From: an uncultured delta proteobacterium
GTDB lineage: Bacteria; Desulfobacterota; Desulfobacteria; Desulfobacterales; JAHEIW01
Direction: 5' to 3'
NCBI GenBank assembly: GCA_963706575.1
Contig: CAVPNL010000003.1
Location: 448,001-512,000, forward strand
Length of the DNA stretch: 64,000 bases
Below the pieces are notes generated by a model that saw nothing but the letters and a program-made list of their open reading frames with translations, was not told the DNA's origin and did no database searches. Numbering within the stretch: the stretch's first letter is position 1; each line of letters starts with the position of its first letter. Positions 31,201 through 41,742 of the stretch are shown piece after piece. The translations under genes were made by a program, and so were the position numbers.

Positions 31201-31946
31201 GATCTTCTCCTCTCAATTCGCAGAATATCACGCTCGATGATATTTAAAAAATCCGCCGAGAAGCTCTGAAGTTCAGATTCGACAACGCGGATTTTGCTCA
31301 TGAAAAAATTAAAGGCGATCACCGCCGGAATCGCCGCCGCCAGGCCAGCAGCGGTTGCCACCAACGCTTCTGAAATACCCGGTGCGACAACCGCCAGATT
31401 GGCGGAGCCTTTCTGTCCAATGCCGACGAACGAATTCATTATGCCCCAGACCGTACCAAATAGACCAATAAATGGTGCGGTATTACCGGTGGTTGCCAAA
31501 AAGGGCACCATCTGGGTCATACGCGTCATCTCGGTTGTGGTGGCGCGACGCAGTGCCCGTTGGACGTTATCAGTACCGGTGAACCGGGTTTCCAGGGCCA
31601 AGCTTTGGCTGCCGCCCGGTTTTGTTGCTGCCGCATTTGGCGGACTCGGCGGAGACGCAGATTGGCTCGTCTTTTTTAGTTCCACATAACCAATTCTGAA
31701 AATGCGCGCCAGGGGACTGCCGTGAAGCTGCTTTGCTTTGGCAAAAGCATTGGACAGATCCCGACTTTTCCAGAAAAAGTCGGTAAACTCAGCCGATTCT
31801 TTAAAGGCTTTCCGGATGTAACGGTATTTTATCAGGATGATGGCCCATGACATGATTGAAAAAAACAGCAGCAACAGCATCACGAACTGGACCATGGGTC
31901 CGGCGTTACTGATCATATGGATGATATCAAGCTGCACAATGCCCAT
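31197..31946 (-). CDS. tolQ: TolQ
   Basis: LATTGNTAPFIGLFGTVWGIM, VAPGISEALVATAAGL. Confidence 0.95.
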   Translation of the reverse strand: MGIVQLDIIHMISNAGPMVQFVMLLLLFFSIMSWAIILIKYRYIRKAFKESAEFTDFFWKSRDLSNAFAKAKQLHGSPLARIFRIGYVELKKTSQSASPPSPPNAAATKPGGSQSLALETRFTGTDNVQRALRRATTTEMTRMTQMVPFLATTGNTAPFIGLFGTVWGIMNSFVGIGQKGSANLAVVAPGISEALVATAAGLAAAIPAVIAFNFFMSKIRVVESELQSFSADFLNIIERDILRIERRRS

Positions 31947-32059
31947 AAAAAAATCTCCAATTCAAAATTTGAGCTCAGATTATTAAGAACAACAGCCTTC
32001 GGCAAAAAGCGGGCGGAAATGTTAAAAATAGATGACATTATCCTGGCTAAACACACTAA

Positions 32060-32087
32060 AGTATAATGAAAATAATTAAAGTGTCAA
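32060..32087 (-). promoter_or_regulatory. Sigma70 promoter of the tol-pal-ruv operon
   Basis: Minus strand TTGACA-16-TATACT. Confidence 0.6.
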
Positions 32088-32160
32088 CAGGTTTGGCCAG
32101 GGATCAACAGGGCCAATTTGGGGTTGCGTTTAATGAATTCTCTCAATATGGTGTCATCTG

Positions 32161-32268
32161 GTTCAAAGGTTCAACGTTCAAAGGTTCTGAGGTTAAATAA
32201 AAGCGGGATTTAGGTGTTCAGCATTCAAGGTTGCCCAAACCCAGAACCTCTGAACCCTGAACCCAGAA
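32161..32268. repeat. Inverted heptamer arrays (GGTTCAA / TGAACCC)
   Basis: ggttcaaaggttcaacgttcaaaggttc ... gaacctctgaaccctgaacccagaac. Confidence 0.75.
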
Positions 32269-32348
32269 CGGTGAGTTTGTGACTGACATAGAATCCTCAT
32301 ATTGGCCATTGTATGACCAAAATCTGATAGGTTAGGTAAGGAGTTCCT

Positions 32349-32906
32349 ATGAAACATATTGCCAATTTGCTCTTTGAAGCCAAAATGCTCAAAGAAATTC
32401 CGCGGTCGGGATTCCATTTTCTGGGTGCGGGTAAAGAATCCATAGCGGAACATACATTTAGTACCACATTTATTGCCTACGTTATGGCTCAGTTAGAACC
32501 AGAGATCGATGCACTCAAATTGATCAGCATGTGCCTGGTACACGATCTTGCGGAAGCCAGAACCGGAGATCTTAATACGGTTCAAAAAACATACGTCACG
32601 GCCGACGAAGTCAAAGCTCTTGAAGACACCACCCGACCTCTTCCGTTTGGATCATCTATTACCAAACTCATTAAAGAGTTCAACGCAAACCATTCAATTG
32701 AAGCGCAGCTGGCCCATGACGCCGACCAGCTTGCACTTGTCCTGGAATTAAAATATCTTTCGGATATCGGGTACGCCCCCCCTGATACGTGGCTGCCGCC
32801 TGTGTTAAATCGAATAAAAACAGAAGTCGCAATAAAAATCGCCCAGAGTATAATGGAAACCCACCGAGATGACTGGTGGCTCAATAAATATGTTGACACC
32901 GATTAA
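32349..32906 (+). CDS. HD-domain hydrolase (HDDC2/YfbR-like)
   Basis: ESIAEHTF, VHDLAEARTGD, HDADQL. Confidence 0.9.
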   Translation: MKHIANLLFEAKMLKEIPRSGFHFLGAGKESIAEHTFSTTFIAYVMAQLEPEIDALKLISMCLVHDLAEARTGDLNTVQKTYVTADEVKALEDTTRPLPFGSSITKLIKEFNANHSIEAQLAHDADQLALVLELKYLSDIGYAPPDTWLPPVLNRIKTEVAIKIAQSIMETHRDDWWLNKYVDTD

Positions 32907-32997
32907 AGAAATTATTAGAGAAAATCTTTTTTAGTTTATAATTTTTGTGTGTAAAAGTATACACTTATGTCTTTTAATGTATACACTGGAGGTAAAC

Positions 32998-33639
32998 ATG
33001 AGCTGGCTGATCCGCATCTTTGGCTCATCCATCGGCAAAAAGCTACTGATGGCCATTACCGGACTGAGCTTCATCGGCTTCCTGTGTGCCCACCTGACCG
33101 GGAACCTCACGCTCTACATGGGTGGCGCTGCATTCAACAGGTATGCTGAAAAGCTTCACTCGCTAGGGCCAATCCTGACGGTTTTCGAATTCGGGCTGCT
33201 GACGCTTGCCGTTATTCACGTGACCACCGGCGTCATTCTTTTTATACAGAATTTAAAAGCAAGATCTGTGCCCTATGAAAACGACAGACGCGTCGGCGGA
33301 CGCACCCTGAGCTCCGTAACGATGCCTTATACCGGGTTGATTATTCTGGCATTTGTTATTTTCCATCTGATCAACTTCAGCTTTGTGGACAAGACCCAGC
33401 GGACGATTTTTGAAATTGTCTCTTCGGCTTTTGCCAATCCCGTCTATTTGGTCGTTTATGTCTTGGTTATGATTATCGTGGCATTGCATATCCGGCACGG
33501 GTTCTGGAGCGCATTTCAAACCGTTGGCGCCAGCCACCCCAAGTATATGCCGGTGTTAATGGTTCTGAGTGTTATTGCCAGCTTGATTTTTGGTTTTGGA
33601 TTCGGCCTGCTGCCGATCTATCTATGGGCGATTGGGTAG
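32998..33639 (+). CDS. sdhC: Succinate dehydrogenase/fumarate reductase cytochrome b subunit
   Basis: SSIGKKLLMAITG, four heme His residues, H..HGFWSAFQTVG; SD GGAGGT. Confidence 0.9.
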   Translation: MSWLIRIFGSSIGKKLLMAITGLSFIGFLCAHLTGNLTLYMGGAAFNRYAEKLHSLGPILTVFEFGLLTLAVIHVTTGVILFIQNLKARSVPYENDRRVGGRTLSSVTMPYTGLIILAFVIFHLINFSFVDKTQRTIFEIVSSAFANPVYLVVYVLVMIIVALHIRHGFWSAFQTVGASHPKYMPVLMVLSVIASLIFGFGFGLLPIYLWAIG

Positions 33640-33758
33640 CGCTTCAATTAAGCGTTTGACGCTCAATTGAAGGTTATTGGTTAGAACCTATATCAATCCG
33701 CCTCCGCGGATTAACACCCGATGGTACAGTTTTGAAATCTATAAAAAGTGTCTACAAC

Positions 33759-33908
33759 AACAAATGAGCTAAAATTAAAAATGATCTAAAATGCCTAAAA
33801 TTAAGGTTTCGCTACGCTCTATCTTTTATTATAAATACAATAGAATTCCTCAACTTTAGGCATTTTAGCTCATTTTAGGCATTTTAGGCACTTCTAACTT
33901 TAGAACAC
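33759..33908. mobile_element. Family A element (uninterrupted copy) between sdhC and sdhA
   Basis: Reverse complement matches 25156-25334. Confidence 0.85.
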
Positions 33909-33969
33909 CTTTGGAACCTTTTTTCTCTGTCTTCGAAGATGAGCTGCTAATTTTGAGAAAGGAAAAAGC

Positions 33970-35883
33970 ATGCAGTTTGACGCCAAAATACCTGCAGGAC
34001 CGCTGACCGATAAATGGGACCGACACCGTTTTGAATTGAAACTGGTCAACCCGGCTAACAAACGAAAATTTGAAATCATCATGGTCGGTACCGGTCTGGC
34101 GGGCGCATCGGCTTCCGCCAGCCTGGCCGAGCTGGGATACCATGTCAAAACGTTCTGTATCCAGGATTCTCCCCGACGGGCTCACAGCATTGCCGCTCAG
34201 GGAGGGATCAATGCCGCTAAAAACTATACCAATGAAGGCGACAGCGTCTGGCGTCTGTTCTACGATACGGTCAAGGGGGGTGATTTTCGGGCCCGCGAAG
34301 CCAATGTGTATCGCCTGGCCCAGCTGAGCAATCTTATCATCGATCACTGCGTCGCCCAGGGTATTCCGTTTGCCAGGGATTACGGCGGCTTGCTGGCCAA
34401 TCGCTCTTTTGGCGGTTCCCAGGTGGCCCGGACCTTTTATGCCCGCGGGCAGACCGGTCAGCAGCTTTTGCTGGGCGCATACAGCGCCTTGATGCGCCAG
34501 GTGGCTGCCGGCGGGGTCACCTTATTCCCCCGCCGAGAATTATTGGATCTGGTACTCGTCAAGGGGCAGGCCCGTGGCATTGTCGTTCGAAATCTGATCA
34601 GCGGTGAACTGGAACGCCACGCCGCCGATGCGGTGGTGATGTCCACCGGGGGCTACGGCAATATATATTACCTTTCCACCAACGCTGAATCGTCCAATGT
34701 CGGCGCCATATTTCGCGCCTATAAAAGCGGTGCGATGTTTGCCAATCCCTGTTTTACCCAGATCCATCCGACCTGCATCCCGCATACCGGCGATTATCAA
34801 TCCAAGCTGACCTTGATGAGTGAAAGCCTCAGAAACGACGGCCGTGTGTGGGTACCGCACGATCCTGACGATACCCGAGAGCCGCAGGATATCCCCGAGG
34901 AAGATCGCGATTATTATCTGGAAGAAAAATATCCCAGCTTTGGAAACCTGGTACCCCGGGATGTGGCTTCGCGTGCGGCCAAAGCCCAATGCGATAACGG
35001 CAAAGGGGTGGGGCTGACGCGCTGCGCGGTATATCTCGATTTTGCAGATGCCATTAAACGTGACGGCAAAGACATCATCGCTAAAAAATACGGCAACCTC
35101 TTTGATATGTACCAACTCATCACCGATGATTCTCCCTATGAAAAACCCATGATGATTTATCCCGCCTCGCATTACACCATGGGCGGTTTGTGGGTCGACT
35201 ATAATCTGATGAGCACAATTCCGGGGCTATTCGTCATGGGAGAAGCCAATTTTTCCGATCATGGTGCCAACCGCCTGGGGGCCAGTGCCCTGATGCAGGG
35301 ATTGGCCGACGGATATTTTGTCATTCCCTACACCATCGGCGGATATTTTGCCGGAACAGAACTATCACCGGTCAGTGCGGACGATGCGGTCTTTAAAGAT
35401 GCCTCCCAATCGGCAACTGAAAGCATCGCTAAACTGATGTCGATTAAAGGCAGGCGCACCGTTGACAGCTTCGCCCGGGAGCTGGGGCAAATCATGTGGA
35501 ATTATTGCGGCATGTCCCGCAATGAGGCTGGACTGAAAAAAGCCCTGGGGCTTATTCAAGATCTGCGGGCTGAATTTTGGGAAAACCTGTTGGTGCCCGG
35601 TAGGGATAAGGATTATAACAAGAGCCTGGAAAAGGCCGGCCGTCAGGCTGACAGTCTTGAATTCGCCGAACTCATGATTCTGGATGCCCTCGATCGCACC
35701 GAGTCGTGCGGCGGCCATTTTAGGGAGGAATCTCAAACTGAAGAAGGTGAAGCCCGACGCGATGATGATAATTTTACGCATGTATCGGTCTGGGAATATG
35801 ATGGCTACGGCAAGCAGCCGAAATTTCATAAAGAACCATTGGATTTTGAAAATGTGGAGTTGTCGCAAAGGAGTTACAAGTGA
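33970..35883 (+). CDS. sdhA: Succinate dehydrogenase/fumarate reductase flavoprotein subunit
   Basis: [16 protein letters not shown] (FAD His), [26 protein letters not shown]. Confidence 0.96.
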   Translation: MQFDAKIPAGPLTDKWDRHRFELKLVNPANKRKFEIIMVGTGLAGASASASLAELGYHVKTFCIQDSPRRAHSIAAQGGINAAKNYTNEGDSVWRLFYDTVKGGDFRAREANVYRLAQLSNLIIDHCVAQGIPFARDYGGLLANRSFGGSQVARTFYARGQTGQQLLLGAYSALMRQVAAGGVTLFPRRELLDLVLVKGQARGIVVRNLISGELERHAADAVVMSTGGYGNIYYLSTNAESSNVGAIFRAYKSGAMFANPCFTQIHPTCIPHTGDYQSKLTLMSESLRNDGRVWVPHDPDDTREPQDIPEEDRDYYLEEKYPSFGNLVPRDVASRAAKAQCDNGKGVGLTRCAVYLDFADAIKRDGKDIIAKKYGNLFDMYQLITDDSPYEKPMMIYPASHYTMGGLWVDYNLMSTIPGLFVMGEANFSDHGANRLGASALMQGLADGYFVIPYTIGGYFAGTELSPVSADDAVFKDASQSATESIAKLMSIKGRRTVDSFARELGQIMWNYCGMSRNEAGLKKALGLIQDLRAEFWENLLVPGRDKDYNKSLEKAGRQADSLEFAELMILDALDRTESCGGHFREESQTEEGEARRDDDNFTHVSVWEYDGYGKQPKFHKEPLDFENVELSQRSYK

Positions 35884-36653
35884 AAACACAGGCGGAAACA
35901 ATTAATGTAACCCTGAAAGTCTGGCGCCAGCCGGGACCGGATGCAAAGGGTCATTTTGAGACTATTGCTGCTGAAAATATCTCGGTTCATATGTCCTTTA
36001 TCGAAATGCTGGATACGGTCAACGAGCAATTGACCCTTGACGGCAAAGATCCGATTGCATTTGACAATGACTGTCGCGAGGGAATCTGCGGCACCTGCGG
36101 CGCCGTCGTCGACGGCCAGGCCAATGGACCGCAAAAAGCGACCACCCTGTGCCAGCTTCACATGCGACAATTTTCAGACGGCGACACGATTGTGGTGGAG
36201 CCCTTCCGTGCCCGGGCCTTTAAAGTGGTCAAGGATCTGGTGGTGGACCGCAGCGCGTTTGATAAAATCATTCAGGCCGGCGGATACATATCCGTCAATA
36301 CCGGTGGCGCGCCGGATGGCAACGCGATTCCCATCCCCCAGGTAATTGCCGAAAAGGCAATGGATGCGGCCGCCTGTATCGGTTGCGGCGCCTGTGTCGC
36401 CGCCTGCCCCAGTGCTTCGGCGATGCTTTTTGTCAGCGGCAAAATTTCCCAGCTGGCCCTGTTGCCCCAGGGCAAACCGGAAGCCGCCAGACGTGCGCTC
36501 AGCATGGTTAAAACAATGGATACATGCGGTTTCGGTAACTGCAGTAACCATCGCGAATGCGAAAACGCCTGCCCCAAAGAGCTTACCATCGTCAATATAG
36601 CGCGGCTAAACCGCGAATTCTTCAAAGCCGGCTTCTTCTCGGATGAAATCTAA
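35880..36653 (+). CDS. sdhB: Succinate dehydrogenase/fumarate reductase Fe-S subunit
   Basis: [30 protein letters not shown]. Confidence 0.96.
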   Translation: MKTQAETINVTLKVWRQPGPDAKGHFETIAAENISVHMSFIEMLDTVNEQLTLDGKDPIAFDNDCREGICGTCGAVVDGQANGPQKATTLCQLHMRQFSDGDTIVVEPFRARAFKVVKDLVVDRSAFDKIIQAGGYISVNTGGAPDGNAIPIPQVIAEKAMDAAACIGCGACVAACPSASAMLFVSGKISQLALLPQGKPEAARRALSMVKTMDTCGFGNCSNHRECENACPKELTIVNIARLNREFFKAGFFSDEI

Positions 36654-36748
36654 CCTGGACAAGGCACTTCCAAAAAAGATTTATTCATCACGAAAGCACG
36701 AAAGAGCAAGAATTACGGCCTAAACCCAAAGCGGTTTTCAGAGGTGAT

Positions 36749-37837
36749 ATGGATCACGTTAATGTCTTACTTGCAAGGCTTGAAACCACACTCGGCCTAC
36801 AAGGGCCCTATCTGAAGTTGACCTTCAAGGTGGCCCTGACCCTTATCGCTTTCTTTATTGTCTGGCTCATCCTGCGCCAGATTTTGTCATTTATTGAAAA
36901 GCGAATGAAAAAAATAAACCTGATTGAAATTCAGGGCCCACTCTTTAAAATTATGCGAAAGGTGCTTTTGTTGGCCCTGGTGCTGCTAACCGGAACCTTT
37001 CTCATCGGATTATTCAATGCACCGTTGCTGCAAAAGATCTTTCATGCAGTGTTTATTGTCCTGTTTGCCGCGCCCAGCAAAAATTTCCTGATTGTCACCA
37101 TACGATATCTGCAATCACGGGTGGCCCATAAAACTGACAGCAAGATCGATGATATCCTTTTTGACCTCCTCATTCGGTTTTCAAACTTCATAATATATAT
37201 CGTGGCAATCATCATCGCCCTCGATCTTCTGGGGCTCAATGTGGTCCCGTTTGTTGCCGGCGCCGGAGTGGCCGGGATCGCCATCGGTTTTGCCGCCAAA
37301 GACACCCTGTCGAACCTGATTGCGGGAGTTTTGCTGATTATCGATCGGCCCTTTGAGGTGGGGGATCGAATTGAGGTCTGGAGTGCGCCGGCCGGCAGTG
37401 CCACCTGGGGTGATGTCATCGACATCGGATTGCGGGCCACTAAGATTAAAACCACCGACAATATCGTGATCATCATTCCCAATAATGAGATTATGCTGCG
37501 GGACATCATCAATTACACCATCATTTCTGATGATATCCGGCTCCGGATCAATATCGGCATTGCCTATGATGCGGATCTGCAGAAAGCCAAGCACGCCATC
37601 CAGCAAGTGGCGCTGGCGACCGAGGGGGTGGCAGATGATCCGCCGCCAAAGGTGGTGGTGAGAAATTTCGGAGAATCTTCAGTGGATTTACAGCTGCGGG
37701 TTTGGATCCATGATGCCCGCCGGCGGATGGATACGATTTCTGATATCACCGACAAAATCAAAGAAACCTTTGATGCGGAAGGCATTGAAATCCCCTATCC
37801 CAAGCGTGATATTATGATTACCCAGAAAAACAACTAA
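36749..37837 (+). CDS. Small-conductance mechanosensitive channel (MscS family)
   Basis: GIAIGFAAKDTLSNL, RPFEVGDRI, IGLRAT, IPN, GIEIPYP. Confidence 0.93.
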   Translation: MDHVNVLLARLETTLGLQGPYLKLTFKVALTLIAFFIVWLILRQILSFIEKRMKKINLIEIQGPLFKIMRKVLLLALVLLTGTFLIGLFNAPLLQKIFHAVFIVLFAAPSKNFLIVTIRYLQSRVAHKTDSKIDDILFDLLIRFSNFIIYIVAIIIALDLLGLNVVPFVAGAGVAGIAIGFAAKDTLSNLIAGVLLIIDRPFEVGDRIEVWSAPAGSATWGDVIDIGLRATKIKTTDNIVIIIPNNEIMLRDIINYTIISDDIRLRINIGIAYDADLQKAKHAIQQVALATEGVADDPPPKVVVRNFGESSVDLQLRVWIHDARRRMDTISDITDKIKETFDAEGIEIPYPKRDIMITQKNN

Positions 37838-37855
37838 AAGCGATCAATTGGGGGG

Positions 37856-37996
37856 CTGGAATAATGGAATGTTGGAATACTGGGTTTCGCACAAGGTGAT
37901 CTCCTGTTATTTAGCTGGACCTCATTACAGATTAAAATATGGAGATCATCCATTTTATACCCAATATTCCATTTTTCCACTATTCCATTATTCCAG
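37856..37996. repeat. Inverted octamer arrays (TGGAATAA / TTATTCCA)
   Basis: ctggaataatggaatgttggaatactggg ... cccaatattccatttttccactattccattattccag. Confidence 0.8.
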
Positions 37997-38068
37997 TGGT
38001 AGCTAACTGCAAGCACCACCTCTCTGGAGAAAAATCAAAGATGGTTCCGCTAAGCTGGATTCTCTGCT

Positions 38069-39343
38069 TTATCCTGCCGTCAGAATTCGTTCAACTTTGT
38101 TGACAAACTCTGGAAGATTGAAGGGTTTTAAAATAACGTTCGTAAAACCCAGTCCGGCCATTTCATTGAGTTTGGCGTGATCCGGATAGCCTGTTGAAAT
38201 GATGACCTTCATATCGGACAGCTCGGGTTCATTTCTGATAATACGACAAACTTCCAATCCATCCATTTCAGGCATAAAGAGGTCAAGTATAAGCAGGTCC
38301 GGCCGATACGTCCCCAATTTTATGGAGGCTTCGATGCCGTTGCTGGCCTCTTCAATCAAATAGGACTTTTGCTGATCCTGTGTAAGCGCCTCGATCAGCA
38401 TCTCCCGAATGGTTCGATCATCATCGACGATCAGGATTTTGGCCGCTTCGCGCTTCAGCAGGGTCGGCATCGAAATCGTAAAAGTGGTTCCTTTTCCCCG
38501 GCGGGTTTCAAAAAAAATATCCCCACCATGGGCTTGCACAAGCCCGTAAGTGACGGACAGCCCCAGGCCGGTCCCGCCTTCTTCCTGCTTATCGGTGACA
38601 AACGGTAAAAATAATTTATCAGCAACGGTCGCTGAGATGCCACAGCCGTTATCGCTGATGGCAACCAGAATACGCCCGTTTTTCTTCTGAAACCCCGAAC
38701 GAATTCGGATGATGCCCTTCTCATGATCGATCGCTTGAATGGCATTGATAATAATATTTAAAATAATTTGCTCAATACTCTGAAGGTTTCCCAGCATTAA
38801 AGGCAAATCATCACTGAGTTCAAGTTCAATTTGCACCCCTGATTTTCTAATTGTCGTTTGCGCCAGCCTCAGGGCATTTTTAATGGCGGTATTCATCTGC
38901 AATGCTGATTTTTCGGCAATATTTGATTGCTTGGAAAAATTCTTCAGATCGGAAACGATTTTAGCCACACGATTCGCCGCCAAATCCATATCAGCAACCA
39001 GCTGGGGCAAATTATCTTCTAAAAATTCATAGGTAAAACCACCGAATTTTTGATCTGGAAAAATTTTCTTTTGATCTATCAAAACCGGTAGAAAATCGGC
39101 CCAGATTTTCTGAATCAACGGCAAGTTGTACATGATCAAGTTAATTGGATTGTTAATTTCATGGGCCACACCGGCCACCAGAGTGCCCAGTGCTTCCATT
39201 TTTTGAGCCTGTTGCAGTTGCTGCTGGCTATTCTTCAAAGCCTCTTCCGCAAGCCGCTGCCGGGATTTTAACTGCCCGGTCTCTTCCCGTAATTCCAAAA
39301 GCTCCCTGATAAGTAACTGTCTGGATTTTTCCTGATCTCTCAT
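38069..39343 (-). CDS. Hybrid sensor histidine kinase/response regulator, cytoplasmic
   Basis: AHEINNP H-box, N-box, DNGCG, GTGLGL, C-terminal REC (IVDDD, LDLFMP, KP). Confidence 0.93.
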   Translation of the reverse strand: MRDQEKSRQLLIRELLELREETGQLKSRQRLAEEALKNSQQQLQQAQKMEALGTLVAGVAHEINNPINLIMYNLPLIQKIWADFLPVLIDQKKIFPDQKFGGFTYEFLEDNLPQLVADMDLAANRVAKIVSDLKNFSKQSNIAEKSALQMNTAIKNALRLAQTTIRKSGVQIELELSDDLPLMLGNLQSIEQIILNIIINAIQAIDHEKGIIRIRSGFQKKNGRILVAISDNGCGISATVADKLFLPFVTDKQEEGGTGLGLSVTYGLVQAHGGDIFFETRRGKGTTFTISMPTLLKREAAKILIVDDDRTIREMLIEALTQDQQKSYLIEEASNGIEASIKLGTYRPDLLILDLFMPEMDGLEVCRIIRNEPELSDMKVIISTGYPDHAKLNEMAGLGFTNVILKPFNLPEFVNKVERILTAG

Positions 39344-39373
39344 GATTCGTTTTTTGGATACGTCCGCTAGTGT

Positions 39374-39460
39374 TTCACCACGAAGAACACGAAGATCACA
39401 AAGGCAGTATAGAATAAATTTAAAATCCTTCTTCGTGTCCTTCGTGCTCTTCGTGGTTAA
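39374..39460. repeat. Inverted nonamer arrays (CACGAAG core)
   Basis: ttcaccacgaagaacacgaagatcacaaag ... cttcgtgtccttcgtgctcttcgtggttaa. Confidence 0.8.
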
Positions 39461-39502
39461 AACGGTTTAAACCGAGATCTTTGCATAACCGCATAAATCA
39501 AT

Positions 39503-40291
39503 TCATGTTCTGACGCATTCAAAGGTGATTTTGGTTTTCAATGTCATTTCCGCAATCTTCTTGAACTGATCGGTCACATCGGACACAAAAAGTGTCAGGT
39601 GTCCATTTCGGCCCAGCCGCCGGTCGATTTGGGTGTTAGCGGCAAGAAAGGCTTTAACACTGCTGGCGGCACTGATTGAGGAATCAATCAGACGAACGCG
39701 CTTTCCAATTTTTCTTTGTATAACTTTTTTTAGAAGGGGATAATGGGTACAACCCAAAATGAGGGTGTCGATCTGTCGGGTTTTCAAAGGCCGCAGATAT
39801 TTTTTTACGATCATTGCCGTCTCCGCTTTATCCAGCCATCCCTCCTCAACCAGGGGCACCAGAAGCGGACAGGCCACTGAATAGACTCTGGCCTGGGGCT
39901 GGTTTTCAATAATTTTTTTTTCATAAATACCGCTGGTTATGGTAGCGCGGGTACCCATTATACCGAAATTAAGATTTTTTGATGCCCGGACCGCAAGCTC
40001 AACTGCCGGAGTGATCACTTCAAAGATAGGAACAGAAAATTGTTTGAGAACCGGAGCCGTCGCTACGCTTGAAGCCGTATTACATGCAATGACGATGAGT
40101 TCGGCTCCTCGGCCCAAAAGGAATTTAATATTGTTTATGGTATAGCCGATCACTGTTTCTGCGCTTTTGGTCCCATAAGGCGTATGCGCCGTATCGCCGA
40201 AATACACAATATCATATCCCGGAATTTGTTGCATGATCGCTCTGGCAACAGTTAAACCGCCGACGCCTGAATCGAATATACCAATCATCAT
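39503..40291 (-). CDS. murI: Glutamate racemase
   Basis: IGIFDSGVGGLTV, PYGTKS, IACNTAS, LGCTHYP. Confidence 0.97.
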   Translation of the reverse strand: MMIGIFDSGVGGLTVARAIMQQIPGYDIVYFGDTAHTPYGTKSAETVIGYTINNIKFLLGRGAELIVIACNTASSVATAPVLKQFSVPIFEVITPAVELAVRASKNLNFGIMGTRATITSGIYEKKIIENQPQARVYSVACPLLVPLVEEGWLDKAETAMIVKKYLRPLKTRQIDTLILGCTHYPLLKKVIQRKIGKRVRLIDSSISAASSVKAFLAANTQIDRRLGRNGHLTLFVSDVTDQFKKIAEMTLKTKITFECVRT

Positions 40292-40707
40292 AAATGGGAG
40301 TTATATGGGGATTTCTTAATAAGCTGGCGGACGCACTTAAGTATCTGAAGGTCGCTAAAATCGGTCCGCATGCCGGGACAGGAAGCCGCCATGGTCTGCC
40401 AGTTTGATGCATCCACGAGAATACTTTCAATAAAGGGCCATTTCCGACACATCTGCGGCTTAACCGGATGAATCGTACACTGCTGCTCCCAGAATATACA
40501 ATAACCGTTATCAGCCTGGGCAACCAGCGGCTTGCCTCCGGACATCTGGCAGTAACATCTCATAAATCGTTTGCGATCCAAAGCCAGATAGCGACAGATA
40601 TTGTCAATCTCAGACTCGGTGATATAGGTGCCGCCATAGCCGTTGCAGCACTGCCCGCAATTCTGGCAAGCAAACAAATCTTGCGGCCTAACCGCATCAG
40701 AGGTCAT
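40288..40707 (-). CDS. YkgJ-family cysteine cluster protein
   Basis: CQNCGQCC, CIF...CTIHPVKPQMCRKWPF, CPG. Confidence 0.88.
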   Translation of the reverse strand: MTSDAVRPQDLFACQNCGQCCNGYGGTYITESEIDNICRYLALDRKRFMRCYCQMSGGKPLVAQADNGYCIFWEQQCTIHPVKPQMCRKWPFIESILVDASNWQTMAASCPGMRTDFSDLQILKCVRQLIKKSPYNSHL

Positions 40708-41296
40708 GGCGAGCCTCCATGGCTTTTTTCAGTGTGACCTGATCGACATATTTTAGATCGCCTCCAATCGGCACACCGGAGGCGATACGCGTTATCTTGA
40801 TTGGATACTTCCCCAGACGCTCTGCAATATAGGAAGCGGTTGCTTCACCTTCCACAGTAGTACTGGTGGCCAGCACCACTTCTTTGATCTGGCCGTGTTC
40901 AATCTTTGCGATCAATTCACCCACACGAATATCTTCAGGACCGATACCGTTCATGGGAGACAGCACGCCGGACAAGATGTGATAGCGCCCGGTGAAGGCG
41001 CCTGATTTTTCCATTGCCACCATGTCAGCCGGCTGTTCGACAACGCATAAAAGCAAAGCATCCCGGGCAGGATCCTCACAGATCTTACAGACTTCATTAT
41101 CGCTGAGCCCATAGCACATTTTACATAACCGCACCTTCTCTTTAGCTTCCATGATGGCGACCGATAATCGCTCGGCTTCTTTGCGGGGTGATCGCAGGAT
41201 GTGCATGGCCAGTCGTTCTGCCGTCTTTTCTCCAATTCCGGGCAGTTTGGCAATCCTTTTTATTAAATTGATGATCGATGCAGGGTAATGGCTCAT
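40697..41296 (-). CDS. recR: Recombination mediator RecR
   Basis: LPGIGEKTAERLA, C4 zinc finger, CVVE, EGEATA, GVPIGGDL. Confidence 0.97.
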   Translation of the reverse strand: MSHYPASIINLIKRIAKLPGIGEKTAERLAMHILRSPRKEAERLSVAIMEAKEKVRLCKMCYGLSDNEVCKICEDPARDALLLCVVEQPADMVAMEKSGAFTGRYHILSGVLSPMNGIGPEDIRVGELIAKIEHGQIKEVVLATSTTVEGEATASYIAERLGKYPIKITRIASGVPIGGDLKYVDQVTLKKAMEARHDL

Positions 41297-41309
41297 AGGA
41301 ATTATTGTT

Positions 41310-41621
41310 TTACATTATCCCCGGAATATTCAAGCCACCGGTTAATTTACTCATTTCAGCGGCAACCATTTCCTGGGATTTGGTCAGGGCTTCATTTACA
41401 GCGGCCAGCACTAAATCCTGCAGCATATCCACATCTTCAGGATCGACCACTTCTGGTTCAATCTGGATCGAAACGATTTGCTGTTTGCCGTTGGCGACGA
41501 CTTTCACCATACCCCCCCCGGCAGTGGTTTCCACTGTTTTTTCGGCCATTTCCTCCTGCAGTTTTAACATCTGCGATTGGAGCTTCTGGGCCTGTTTCAT
41601 CATATTGCCCATTCCTTTCAT
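41310..41621 (-). CDS. ybaB: YbaB/EbfC nucleoid-associated protein
   Basis: [29 protein letters not shown]. Confidence 0.95.
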   Translation of the reverse strand: MKGMGNMMKQAQKLQSQMLKLQEEMAEKTVETTAGGGMVKVVANGKQQIVSIQIEPEVVDPEDVDMLQDLVLAAVNEALTKSQEMVAAEMSKLTGGLNIPGIM

Positions 41622-41645
41622 CCGCTTACCTCCTTGCTCAATCTA

Positions 41646-41742
41646 TAGAAGTGGCTTCAAAACCTCAGATCAGGTCTAAGGGCCCCGCTTAGCGGGGCAA
41701 CGCAGCCATTGGGCCTTAGATGGGGTTTTGATACCACTTCTA
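41646..41742. mobile_element. Family B MITE, short copy (97 bp)
   Basis: TIRs tagaagtggcttcaaaacc / ggttttgataccacttcta; core replaced by the ccccgcttagcgggg hairpin. Confidence 0.85.
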
